Assembly: GCF_020745735.1 (NCBI RefSeq)
Contig: NC_083409.1
Coordinates: forward strand, 14,975,873 to 15,039,872
DNA: 64,000 nt
Direction: 5' to 3'
DNA from: Hemiscyllium ocellatum
Lineage: Eukaryota
Part shown: piece by piece, positions 12,200-23,899 of the stretch
Numbering within the stretch: the first letter of the stretch is position 1
How the letters are laid out: each line of letters starts with the position of its first letter
Made by a program: the position numbers and the translations under genes
Notes under the pieces: model-generated
The model's input: only the letters and a program-made list of their open reading frames with translations
Told to the model about the DNA's origin: nothing
The model's database searches: none

Positions 12200-15150
12200 A
12201 TTTTGGCAAATTGGATCCAAATATGAGGCAAAGAGTGATGGGAGAGGTTTGTCTTTGTGATTGGAAGCCTGTGACCAGTGGTGTAAGACAGGGATTGGGG
12301 CTGGGACCCTTGCTGTTTGTAATGTACATTAACAAATTGACTGTGATTGTAAAATTAGAAAGTTTTCAGAGGCCACATAAATTGGTGGTGCTATTGATAT
12401 TGATTTGATTTTTATTTAAGTTTATTGTCACGTGTTCTCGATTGCAAAAGTATTGGAGTACAGTGAAAAGTATGTAACGTCACCTCACAAGGTGCCATCT
12501 TAGGTACAAGGACCTCAGTACAGAATCGTAAGAACAAGGTAGAAAGAAAGAATAAAGTTCAAGGTTACACGTTGCAGATCTTTTTTAGTTTTAAGTAGAA
12601 AATGAAGAAATAAAGCTGAAAGTTCAAACATTACAGCATTTCTTAAGAACTTAGCTACCATGGGATCATTCTTTAAATCATCATCTCGAGACCGGAAGTC
12701 CACGCTGAGGCCTTCCCGGGTGGAGAGACCACCATATACAGAAAGGACCACTATGTGGGCTGAGAGAGAACCACTCTGGGCCACTCAGAGATCGCTACAC
12801 TAGGCCGAGTGACCATCACGCTGGGCTGAGAGGCCACCACATCAAACAGAGGCCATCATGTTGGACTGCCTCGTTGGGCTGGAAGGTATCCCTGAAGAAG
12901 GGCTCATGCCGGAAACGCCGACTCTCCTGTTCCTTGGATGCTGCCTGACCTGCTGCGCTTTTCCAGCAACACATTTTCAGCTCTGGTAGATCTCCCTGCC
13001 AGGCCAGGACACTGCCACATCAAGCCAAGAGGCTACATCATTAGGTCTGCACTGGGTCAGAGGCCTGGCAACTGAGGCTGCGAGTCCGAGTCCGGGAGAA
13101 GAAATTAGGGAGAAGGACAAAAGAAAAACACAAAAGAAAAGGAAAAGAGAAGTGGGATAGAAAGAAGAAAAGGAAACAGATGGAGCAGATGAACTCGGTC
13201 TGAAGTGTCTGACTCTGCGGCCATCTTGGATTACTGGGTCTCAGGCTGCAGTCTGATATTGGTCAGCTGGTAAATTGGGCAGAGCAATGGCAGATGTAAT
13301 TTAATCCTGATACCTCTGAGGTGATCCAACTTGGGAGGTCTAATAAGGGAAGGATATACACAATGAAAGGCATGTACCTTGAGTATCCTTATGCATGAAT
13401 CACAGAGGGTTGGTCTACAGATAAAACAAGCAATTAGGAAGGCAAATGGAATTTTGTCCTTCATTGCTAAAGGGATTGAGTTCAAAAAGCGGGAAGATTA
13501 TGTTGCAGCTGTACAGGGTGCTGGTGAGACCACACCTGGAGTACTGCATGCAGTAATGGTCTCCTTACTTGAAAAAGGCAATACTGGCACTAGAGGGGTG
13601 CAGAGAAAGTTCACCAGGCTGATTCTGGGGTGGAGGGGTTTCGCTTATGAAGGGAGACTGTGTAGACTGGGATCTATTCATTGGAACTTAGAAGAATGAG
13701 GGGAATCTTATAGAAACAAATAAAATTATAAAGAGAATAGATAAGACAGAAGTAGAGAGGATGTCCTCACTGGCAGGTGAAACTAAAACAAGAGGGTTTA
13801 ACCTCAAAATTAGGGGGAGCAGATTTAGGACTGAATTGAGAAGGAACCTCTTATCCAGAGGGTCATAAATCTATGAAATTCCTTGCTCAATGAAGAAATT
13901 GATGCTACTTCAGTAAATGTTTTAAAGCTAAGTAGATTTTTTTGAACAATAAAGGAATTAAGAGATACAGTGAGAGTAAATGCCAAGTCTTGAACTTCAG
14001 AAAAAAGACTACAGGCATGGACAATTTTCTAAACGGTGAGAACATTCATAAAGCCAAAGTACAAAGTGATCTGGGAATGCTAGTCCCGGATTCTCTAAAG
14101 GTTAACTTGCAGGTTGAATCCGTGGTTAAGAAAGCAAATGTAATGTTGTCATTTATCTCGAGCTGAAAAATGTGTTGCTGAAAATGCGCAGCAGGAATGA
14201 AAAAGGGCTTATGCCTGAAACATCAATTCTCCTGCTCCTTGGATGCTGCCTGACCTGTTGCACTTGTCCAGCAACACATTTTTCAGCTCTGATCTCCAGC
14301 ATCTGCAGTCCTCACTTTCTCCAGTTTATCTCAAGAGGGTTGGAATGTAAAATGAGATGTGCTACTGAGACTTTATAAAGCTCTGGTTAGGCCCCATTTA
14401 GTCCACTTTTGTGCCCCACACCTCAGGAAGGACATATTGATACTGGACCGTGTCCAGTGGAGATTCACATGGGTGAGCCCTGGAATGGTAATCCTAATAT
14501 ATGATGAATGGCTGAGGATCTTGGGATTGTATTCATTCGACTTTAGAAGGGGAGATCTAATAGAAACTTACAAGATAATGCATGGTTTTGAAAGGGTGGA
14601 TGCTGGGAAATTGTTTCCATTAGGTGGGAGTACTAGGACCCGAGGGCACAGCCTTAGAGTTAGAGGGGGTCAGTTTAAAACATAACTGAGGAGACATTTC
14701 TTCAGCTAGAGAGTGATGGGCCTTTGGAATTCATTGCCACAGAGCGCACTGGCGGCTGAAATATTAAATGTCTTCAAGGCAGAGATTGATAAATTCTTAA
14801 TCTTGGAATGAATTAAGGGCTACAGGGAGAGTGTGGGTAACTGTCCTTCAATGCCCATCACCCATGATTGAATGACGGAGTGGACTCGATGGGCCAAATG
14901 GCCTTACTTCCACTCCTTTGTCTTATGGTCTAATGTGGAGCTGAGTCCATGAAAAGATCAGCCATGATCTTATTGAATGGCAGAGCAGGGTTGAAGGGAC
15001 AGATGGCCTACTCCTGCTCCTAGTTCTTATGTTCTTATGTTCCTTGGGAGTACTGAGGAACAAAGGGACCTTGGTGTACAACTCCATCAATCCCAGAAGG
15101 TATCAGCATAGCTAGACAGGGTGGTGAAGAAGGCATATGGGATGCCCTAT
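12200..15150 (+). mobile_element. CR1 3' fragments interrupted by an insertion at 12410-13230 and a Penelope end at 14160-14324
   Basis: VTSGVRQGLGLGPLLF, ANGILSFI and RGDLIETYK motifs in successive frames. Confidence 0.75.
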
Positions 15151-15719
15151 TCCCAGCTGAGAAGGTTGTATAGAGAGGGTTTGTTGTATGTCATTCTTGT
15201 ATAAAATTGATTTGTTAAAAGGATGTTGACAAGAACTCACTGATAACTAGAACTAAGCGAGGTTCTGTATTTATCACACCTAATGGATTATACCCAATGG
15301 CAAGTTTTGCTCTGTGGACTTAACAACTCTCCAGTCACATTTGAATGATTATTATGAAAGTGAACAAGGTCACACTCCCCCACATTACACTCCATCTGCC
15401 CAATATTTCTTCAAAGCCCAGCTGTATCTAATATTCAGCAGGATGGATCTTCACTGAGAAATAGCCATTTGTAACTAGAATAATGATATCTCTGAGAATC
15501 GCATTTATAATTATTTTATTGAAGCTTTCATTAGGTCTGTGTTGATTGACACAATGTTCAGGTTTGGGCTTTGCTGTCTGTACAAACCATCTGTAATGTC
15601 TTTGCTGCAATGGTTCACATTTACATCATCAAACTCACACCCCAAATATCCCGTCATTATTCTCCATGGGATTCACTGGAATTGGCTCAGATCGAACTCC
15701 CAGCAGCTGAAATGGAGGG

Positions 15720-15753
15720 AGGGATACGGCTTAGAGAGCAAGAGATGGAGCAC

Positions 15754-15793
<40 letters not shown>

Positions 15794-15910
15794 CACTAAG
15801 AGAGAGGGGGATAGAGCTTGGACAGAGAAAGAGGAATGGAACTCAGAGTGAGATCTATGCAGCTGAGTTAGAGAGGGGTGGGGAGAGAGAATGAGTGAGA
15901 GAGATGGAGT
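15720..15910. repeat. (GA)n microsatellite and GA-rich tract
   Basis: Base composition read directly. Confidence 0.85.
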
Positions 15911-16099
15911 CAAGGAGTTCTATGTCAAAGATAAATTATACTCTGTTAAAGATTGCACTGGATGAATGCTGACTCTCTGACTCTATGAACACTACCTACA
16001 AAGCTGTCTAACTTTGTGTCATTAGCAAACTAGAGTATCTGACTTTCTATGCCATTATCCAATGCATTAATAAATAATGTAAATAATTGAGGTGTGCGC

Positions 16100-18080
16100 A
16101 CACATTCCTATTGGACACCACTGGTCACATCCTGCCAATTTCAGCACTTATCCATGATCCCTATTTTCTGTCACCTGTCAACCAATTTCGGTATGGCAGT
16201 ATTTTAGCCTCAATTCTGTGGATTTCTAACTGAGTTGAACAGTTTCTTACATGGGATTTTATCAAATGCCTTCTGGAAGTCCCTATAAACAACATCCATT
16301 GACATTACTGTGTCCAGTAATTTTGTTTCCTCTTCAAAAATGTTCAGTGAGATTTTTTCACCATGACCAACTTGTCATGAATCTATGCTGATTCTCCCTG
16401 ATTAACTGACCATTTTCAAGGTCTTCAGTTACCCCCATCCTTGATTATAGACTACAACAATTTCCACACCACAAACGTTGGCTTCGTGACCTGTAATTCC
16501 CTGGTTTTTCTCTAACATTCTTGTTAAATGTGAAATGAAATTTGCAATTTTCCAATTCAGAGGTACGACTCCTGAAGCCAGGTAACTCTGAAAGATTATA
16601 GTCAGGGTGTCTGCAATGTGGTCTATTACTACTTTATCACCCTCAGGTCCTGAGGATTTGTCACTCTTTAGTTCCATTATTTTCCTTATTACACATGTTC
16701 TATTGACATTAACTTTATTCAGGTGACACAGTGGTTAGCACTGCTGCCTCACAGCACCAGAGTCCCAGGTTCAATTCCAGCCTTGGGCAACTGCCTGTGT
16801 GGAGTTTGCACATTGTCTGCATGGGTTTCCTTCTACTATCCAAAGATGTGCAGGTCAGATGAATTGGCCATACTAAATTGCCCATAGCGTTAGGTGCATT
16901 AGTCAGAGGGAAAATGGGTCTGGGTGGGTTACTCTTCGGAGGGTCGGTGTGGACCGGTTGGGCCAAAAGGCATGTTTGCACACTGCAGGGAATCTAATCA
17001 GTCCCTGACACAGATCCTCTGTTAATTCCTTTGGGACTTCAGGCAAGTCCTCTTCCTTTTCTGCTGCAAATCTTGAGGTAAAGTATTTATTTAATATGTC
17101 TGTCATTTCCCCATTGTCACTGACAATATCCCTCACTTTCAGTCTTTAATGGCCAACATTGCTCCTGACCTCCCAGCTTCCCTTTTATGGAACTGGAACA
17201 TTTCTCCTTATTGATTTTGTTATCCCTTACATGTTTCCTTTCAGAATCCCTTATGGTAGCTCTTAGAAGCTGATATGGGGCCCTTTTGTATCCTTCCCAT
17301 TCAGCGGAATCTGTCCTTTTTTTGGCTTTTCTGTAAGCCTTTTTTAACATTTTATTCTTTCCCTTATCTCTTTAATTGACCATTGTTGTTTGTTCGCTTT
17401 TCCCTCTCAGGTATAAACTGGCTTTGTTTTGTGCTGAATGTTCCTTTAAGTATTCCCCACTGTTCTTCAGTTGTTTTACCCATGAGCAGATTTTCCCAGT
17501 TTACTGTGGACTGTCTCTGTCGCATCTCGTTAAAGTCGGCCCTTACCTTAATCTCAAATTCTAGCAGCTGATTCATGCTTTTTACTTTCAAATGCGACAC
17601 TGAACTAGATCATGTTATGATCACTATTTGATAAATATTCATGCACAAATAGTTACAAACTAAATCTGGCTCATTATTCATTACTAATTCCAATATTGCT
17701 TGTCCCCTTTTTGTATCCAGGACCTATTGCTGTTGGAAACTATTCTGGACACACAGCAGCAATTCACTACCTTTCTGACAGAGGGCTTGTCTGTCTCCCA
17801 ATCTAATTTAAAGTTAAACTTCCCCATTAATAATACACTGGCTTTGCTACACACTTGTCTAATTCCTCCATTTATACAATCCAGCACCTCAGAGCTGCTG
17901 TCAGGGGGGTCTGTATCCAACATCTACTACAGTTTTAGATCCTTTCCTGCTTCTCAGTTCCACTGAATGTTTTCTCCTCATTATGACCTCCCTCACCATT
18001 GAAACCGTTTTTTTAACCTCATCAATGAAGCTGCTCCACCTCTTCTGCCATTTCCCTATATCCATCCTGTGAACCTTCTA
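16100..18080 (-). mobile_element. Old CR1 ORF2 remnant hosting younger insertions
   Basis: Degenerate KSSGPEG, NWKIANF, ILNKYF and GKFNF motifs. Confidence 0.65.
16722..17000 (+). mobile_element. HE1-like V-SINE; further copies at ~43050-43300 (-), 51576-51715 (-), 59120-59440 (-) and 63211-63480 (+)
   Basis: Same head, core and tail motifs as 55661-55969. Confidence 0.8.
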
Positions 18081-18085
18081 ACCCG

Positions 18086-20255
18086 ATATATATAGAACAT
18101 ATAGAAGGATACAGCGCAGTACAGGCCCTTCGGCCCTCGATGTTGCGCCGACCGAGTCCTACCTAACCTATACTAGCCCAATAACTTCCAAATGCCTATC
18201 CAATGCCCGCTTAAATGACCATAAAGAAGGAGAGTTCACCACTGATACGGGCAGGGCATTCCATGAACTCACAACCCGCTGTGTGAAGAATCTACCCCTA
18301 ACATCTGTCCTATACCTACCACCCCTTAATTTAAAGCTATGTCCCCTAGTAACACCTGACTCCATTAGCGGTAAAAGGTTCTTAGTATCTACCCTATCTA
18401 AACCCCTAATCATCTTATACACTTCTATCAGATCTCCCCTAAACCTTCTCTTCTCCAATGAGAACAGCCCCAAGTGCCTCAGCCTTTCCTCATAAGATTT
18501 TCCTACCATTCCAGGCAACATCCTGGTAAACCTCCTCTGCACTCGTTCTAAAGCTTCCACATCCTTCCTATAGTATGGCGACCAAAACTGCACACAATAC
18601 TCCAGATGAGGCCGCACCAGAGTCTTATACAACTGCAACATGACCTCAGGACTCCGGAACTCAATTCCTCTGCCAATAAAGCCCAGTACACCATATGCCT
18701 TCCTCACAGCACTATTTACCTGGGTGGCAACTTTCAGAGATCTGTGTACATGGACACCAAGATCCCTCTGCTCATCCACACTACCAAGTAGCCTACCATT
18801 AGCCCAGTAATCCATCATCTTGTTATTCCTACCAAAGTGAACGACTTCGCACTTAGCTACATTGAATTCCATTTGCCACATTTCCGCCCAGCTCTGCAAC
18901 TTATCTATATCCCGCTGTAACCTACCACTTCCTTCCTCACTATCCACAACTCCACCGACTTTTGTGTCATCCGCAAACTTGCTTACCCAGCTTTCAAGTC
19001 CTTCCTCTAGATCATTTATAAAGATAACAAAAAGCAATGGTCCCAAAACAGATCCTTGTGGTACACCGCTAGTAACTGTGCTCCAAGATGAACATAATCC
19101 ATCAACTACTACCCTCTGTCTCCTTCCAGCCAGCCAATTCCTAATCCAAACCTCTAATGTATCCTCAATGCCATACCTCCGAAGTTTTAGCATTAGCCTA
19201 CCATGGGGAACCTTATCGAACGCCTTACTAAAATCCATATACACAACATCTACTGCTTTACCCTCATCCACTTCCTTGGTCACCTTCTCAAAGAACTCAA
19301 TAAGGTTTGTGAGGCACGACCTGCCCTTCACAAAACCATGCTGGCTATCCTTGATCACGTTATTCCTACCCAGATGTTCATAAATCTTATCCCTTACCAT
19401 TCTCTCTAAGACTTTGCCCACCACTGAAGTCAGACTCACTGGCCTATAGTTGCTAGGGCTATCCCTACTCCCTTTCTTGAACAATGGGACCACATTCGCT
19501 ATCCTCCAGTCCTCTGGTACTATTCCTGTTGACAACGACGACATAAAAATCCAGGCCAATGGCTCTGCTATCTCCTCCCTAGCTTCCCATAGGATCCTGG
19601 GGTAAATGCCATCAGGCCCAGGAGACTTATCTATATTCATCCTTTCCAATATTCCCAAAACCTCTTCCCTGCATATTTCCAGGGCATCCATTCTAATTAT
19701 TTGTGATTCCATATTCACATCAGCAACAGTGCCCTGTTCCTGAGTGAATACTGATGAAAAGTACTGATTTAATGTCTCTCCAATCTCCTCCGCCTCCACA
19801 CACAACTTCCCACTACTATCCTTGACTGGACCGATACCTACCCTAGTCATCCTTTTATTCTTGACATACCTATAGAAAGCCTTTGGGTTTTCCCTAATCC
19901 TACCAGCTAAAGACTTTTCATGTCCCCTTCTCGCTTCTCTTAGCTCCCTCTTTAGCTCCTTCCTGGCTACCTTATAACACTCAATCGCCCCTACTGAACC
20001 TTCACGCCTCATCTTTACATATGCCGCCTTCTTCCCTTTCACAAGGGACTCCAATTCCTTACTAAACCACGGCTGCCTTACCAGGCCCTTTACACCATGC
20101 CTGACTGGTACATACCTATCGAGGACACGCAGTAGCTGCTCCTTGAACACTCCCCACATCTCATTAGTGTTCTTCTCTTGAAGCCTGTTTTTCCAATCCA
20201 CACATCCTAAGTCATGCCTCACTGCATCATAATTTCCCTGCCCCCAGCTATAGTT
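18086..20255 (-). mobile_element. Young 5'-truncated CR1 LINE with an uninterrupted RT reading frame
   Basis: ORF 18168-20306 has no stops and contains QGSVLGPLLF and FADD. The endonuclease domain is missing. The 3' UTR ends in a TTCTATAT-type tail. Confidence 0.95.
18168..20255 (-). CDS. CR1 ORF2 reverse transcriptase, 5'-truncated
   Basis: 712-aa ORF call; the first ~17 residues come from flanking DNA. Confidence 0.9.
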   Translation of the reverse strand, partial: NYSWGQGNYDAVRHDLGCVDWKNRLQEKNTNEMWGVFKEQLLRVLDRYVPVRHGVKGLVRQPWFSKELESLVKGKKAAYVKMRREGSVGAIECYKVARKELKRELREARRGHEKSLAGRIRENPKAFYRYVKNKRMTRVGIGPVKDSSGKLCVEAEEIGETLNQYFSSVFTQEQGTVADVNMESQIIRMDALEICREEVLGILERMNIDKSPGPDGIYPRILWEAREEIAEPLAWIFMSSLSTGIVPEDWRIANVVPLFKKGSRDSPSNYRPVSLTSVVGKVLERMVRDKIYEHLGRNNVIKDSQHGFVKGRSCLTNLIEFFEKVTKEVDEGKAVDVVYMDFSKAFDKVPHGRLMLKLRRYGIEDTLEVWIRNWLAGRRQRVVVDGLCSSWSTVTSGVPQGSVLGPLLFVIFINDLEEGLESWVSKFADDTKVGGVVDSEEGSGRLQRDIDKLQSWAEMWQMEFNVAKCEVVHFGRNNKMMDYWANGRLLGSVDEQRDLGVHVHRSLKVATQVNSAVRKAYGVLGFIGRGIEFRSPEVMLQLYKTLVRPHLEYCVQFWSPYYRKDVEALERVQRRFTRMLPGMVGKSYEERLRHLGLFSLEKRRFRGDLIEVYKMIRGLDRVDTKNLLPLMESGVTRGHSFKLRGGRYRTDVRGRFFTQRVVSSWNALPVSVVNSPSLWSFKRALDRHLEVIGLV

Positions 20256-21149
20256 CCCAATCTGAATGATTCTGCAACTATGTCTCATTATTTGATACGA
20301 TACCACAATCTTAAATTTGAATTTGTGCCTGCAGATTATTGTATTTATTCCTTACGCTTCATGCATTCGGATATAGAACTCTTATTTAGTCCATTCATTG
20401 GAATCTGTTCCTCAGCACTGATGCTGTATTCACCTCTTTCTTATTTCTCTCCATCTGTCTAATCAATATCCTTCTGATAGCTTTCCTGATATTGTCCAAA
20501 TAGGGCCTTTTGCCGATTTTTGTTGACGTTGTTGGTCCCGACACAGACAACAACAACTGGATCCTCAACCCCCACCCCCCCCACCCCCCAAGTCTGTTAT
20601 ACTTAAAAGCCGGCTCGAGATGCCCTTACCTTGAAACCAGGCAGGCAACACACCATGTGGGGCTCTCAATCCTGCTCACAAAGGATGCTATCAGTTCCCC
20701 TCATTATCAAGACCCCTCTTTTCTTTATGCTCCCCCAGTCTGAGTGGTCTCCTGGACCATGGTGCAGTGGTTTCCTTCATTCATTCATAGGAAATGGACA
20801 TCTCTGGCCAAGCCAGCAATGACTGCCCGTAGGAGTCATCGAATCATAGAATCCATACCGTGTGAAACAGGCCATTCAGACCAATGAGTCCACACCAACA
20901 TTCTGAAGAGCATCCCACCCAGACTTGTCTCCCTACCTTATCCCTGTAAATCTGCATCTCCCATGGCTAATGCACCTAACCTACACATCCCTACATTTTC
21001 CCCAGTTTAGGCATTATAATTTCTGCCCTATCTTTATCTTTTTATATAATGACTTTGAAACTTACAGAGTTATGGTCACTATCACCAAAATCCTCAAACT
21101 ACATTTTCCCATTCTCCCGACAATCCTTTTCCTCATTGACACAGGGAGC

Positions 21150-21480
21150 AAGTACCTCATTCCTGTTGGACAAGGAGCTGAGGCACCTGTAAGGCTAAAT
21201 CCAGGCTGCATCGACCTGTTCACTTTTGGTCACACCCTCCTGTCCCTGACCACTGGCCATAATTTGAAGTATTTAACCTACAAGGTGTGACTGTCTCCCC
21301 AAACACAGTGTCCAGGTAACTCTCCCCCTCCCTGATGTGTCGCAGTGTTTGAAGCTCAGATTCCAGCTCATCAACTCTGAGCTGGAGTGCCTTGAGCAAC
21401 CAACACTTGCTGTAGATGTGGTCACTCTGAGCTACAATGGGCTCCACCAGCTTCCCCATCGTACAATTACTACACATCGC
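21150..21480 (-). mobile_element. CR1 ORF1 fragment (zinc finger plus coiled coil)
   Basis: CSNC...CSKC..LQLRVDELESELQTLRHIREGESYLD. Similar pieces at 33076-33420 and 50599-50784. Confidence 0.7.
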
Positions 21481-22309
21481 CCGGCCCTGTATGTGGAAAT
21501 TATTTGAGGAGTTTTTAATTTATATTTTAAAATTTGCTGCTGGTCTTTAGTTTTTAATCTGTAAAATATTTCAGTCCAGGAGACAGAGAATGTGCCAGCA
21601 CAGGAGGAGGCTGTTCAGCCCCTCGTGTCAGTGCTAGCTGTTTACGAGCCTCAATCACAATGAACATCTCCATTGAATGTCTGTTGTCAGGAAGTGGTTG
21701 AGTCTGTTTTTAGAGACAGAATAACGGACAAATATGAACTGGTCCGAGAGAGTCAGTCTGGATTGACAAAGGTTCAGACATCTTTAACTAACCGGGTTAC
21801 ACTTTGTTAGGAGCTCACTGGTGTGGGATATAAGGGAATGTCGATGGCTATTGTCTATAGGGAATTCCAAAAGACATTTAAGAATGTTCCACAAAAGAAA
21901 CATTGATTCAGACCTTACACTCCACAACCATCTGATGAAGGAGCAGCGCTCCAAACGCTGATGCTTCCAAACAAACCTGTTGCATTAGAACCTGGTGTTG
22001 TGTGATTTTTAACATTTACACGACAGTCCAACACCGGCATCTCCAAATCATGGAATTGGATGGAATTTGAGAAATGCATTTACCTTGGGTCAGGAATGGG
22101 TCTGTCTAAGAGACAGAGAGGAAGGATAATGTGCGTGTGTTCCAATGAGCCAGATGTGAGTAGTGGTATTCCCAGGGATCTGTGCTGGGACCTCAGCTTT
22201 TCACGATATTTCTCAATGACTTGGATGAAGAAACAGAGAGCCATATATCCAAGATTATTGATCACAGTGAGTGAGGCAGCTTGGAGGAAGTCACAGAGAT
22301 AGGGAGGGT

Positions 22310-22700
22310 GGAAGAACAGGGAGCAGATTGAGAACAAGGATGAGAATTTGAAAATCGAGGTGTTGCTGGACCAGGAGCTTATGTCAGTCAGTGAGGATTG
22401 TGATGGTCATGGTGGAGTAGGGAGGCGTGGACAGGAGTATGGGGTGGACTTGGTGTGAGTTTGAACACTGACAGCAGAGTTTGGGATGAGCTGATGTTTA
22501 CGGAAGTCAGTAGCTGTGATGTGGGCGTGGATAACATTGGAATGGTCTCAAAAACATGGTTGAGATTTTCAGTGGCTGATAATCGTGATGTGGAGGATTT
22601 GGGCCTCAAATCAGCCCCAAAGATGAGGCCAAAGTTGTAAAGAGTCTGGTAGAGCAGCAGACAGTGCTCAGGGAGAGGGATGGAGTTTGTACTGGGAGCT
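22310..22700 (-). mobile_element. L2 LINE fragment adjoining the enhancer-like module
   Basis: Reverse-complement similarity to 790-1140 and the same junction with the module. Confidence 0.6.
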
Positions 22701-22995
22701 GAAGAGGATGGCTTTGATCCTGCCAATGTGTTTCCCAGTGAGCCTGGCTCCTCAGTCCTGACTGGTCTTAGCTGCTGTGATTGTCACTGATTGGACACTT
22801 ATTATTAGAGATTCTGACCACAGCAGAAAGCCCCAGTGCAACAAATAACTGCAAAGACTGTCAGAGCGCAAGGTTGCAACTTCACCAAGAGAGGAAGTGA
22901 AAGAAGGAGCTCGGAGCAGCTGGGTGTTTGTTACTGAGACAGGAGAAAACTGTGAACTGTCTGCACTCCCTGGAATCTGACAGCACAGGAGGAGG
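22700..22995. promoter_or_regulatory. Candidate B-cell enhancer module, copy 2 (EICE 22891-22902, CAGCTG 22917-22922, RUNX ACCACA 22817-22822, kB-like 22825-22834)
   Basis: Motifs read directly from the sequence. Inverted paralog at 505-790 is about 94% identical. Function is inferred. Confidence 0.55.
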
Positions 22996-23574
22996 CCATT
23001 CAGCCCATCATGCCTTTGAATGACCCAGTTAATCCCACTGCTCCCCTCTCTCTCCCCGTAACCAAGCAAATCTTTCTTTTATAGCTCAATCTCCAATTCC
23101 CTCTTATAGACCTCATGTCCACAGAGTGAGACTGCCCTGAACCTGGACTTCAAATTGGCATCTCATTCATTCATTGGGAGACAAACTGCCTGGGCTGGGA
23201 AATGGAGCTCAGGATCCTGAACATTCCCTCTCCCCTCCTGAGGGACACTTCATTTGGTTTTACATATTCACCTGTGGGAAGTGGGCATCACCGGCTGGGC
23301 CAACATTTTTTACCCTGTCCCTAGTTGCCCTGGAGAAGGTGGTGGGAAGCTGCCATCTTGAATTGTTATCGTCCACAAGCTGTAAGTTGACCCACAATGC
23401 CAGCATTTTAACCCAGCAAGGCTGAGGGATCAGCGACATATTTTCAAGTCCGGATGCTAAGCTTTTTCGAGGGGAACTTGCAGCTCACAGTGTTCCCATG
23501 TATCTGCTGCTCTTGTTCTAAATGGAAGTGAACGTGGGTTTGAAGGGAAACCAAAAGAACTGCAGATGCTGTAA

Positions 23575-23740
23575 ATCTGAGACAAAAATAGAAAGTGCTG
23601 GAAAAGCTCAGCAGGTCTGGCAGCATCTGTGAAGAGAAATCAGAGTTAATATTTCATACTCAACCCGAAATGTTAATTCTGATTTCTCTCCAAGATGCTG
23701 CCAGACCTGCTGAGCTTTTCCTGAAATTTCTATTTTTGTC
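23575..23740. mobile_element. Palindromic Penelope end of a diverged family
   Basis: gacaaaaatagaaa..ctcagcaggtctggcagcatct and its reverse complement flank a short centre. Confidence 0.7.
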
Positions 23741-23899
23741 CATGGGTTTGGAAGGTGCTATCTGAAGATCAGTGATGAATTTCTGCAGTGCATCTTATCG
23801 ATAATACACACTGCTGCTATGGAGCGTCAGTGACGGTGAGTTTGGGTGTTTTGAGAATGCGATGCCAATCAAGGAGTTTGCTTTGCTCTGGATGGTATC

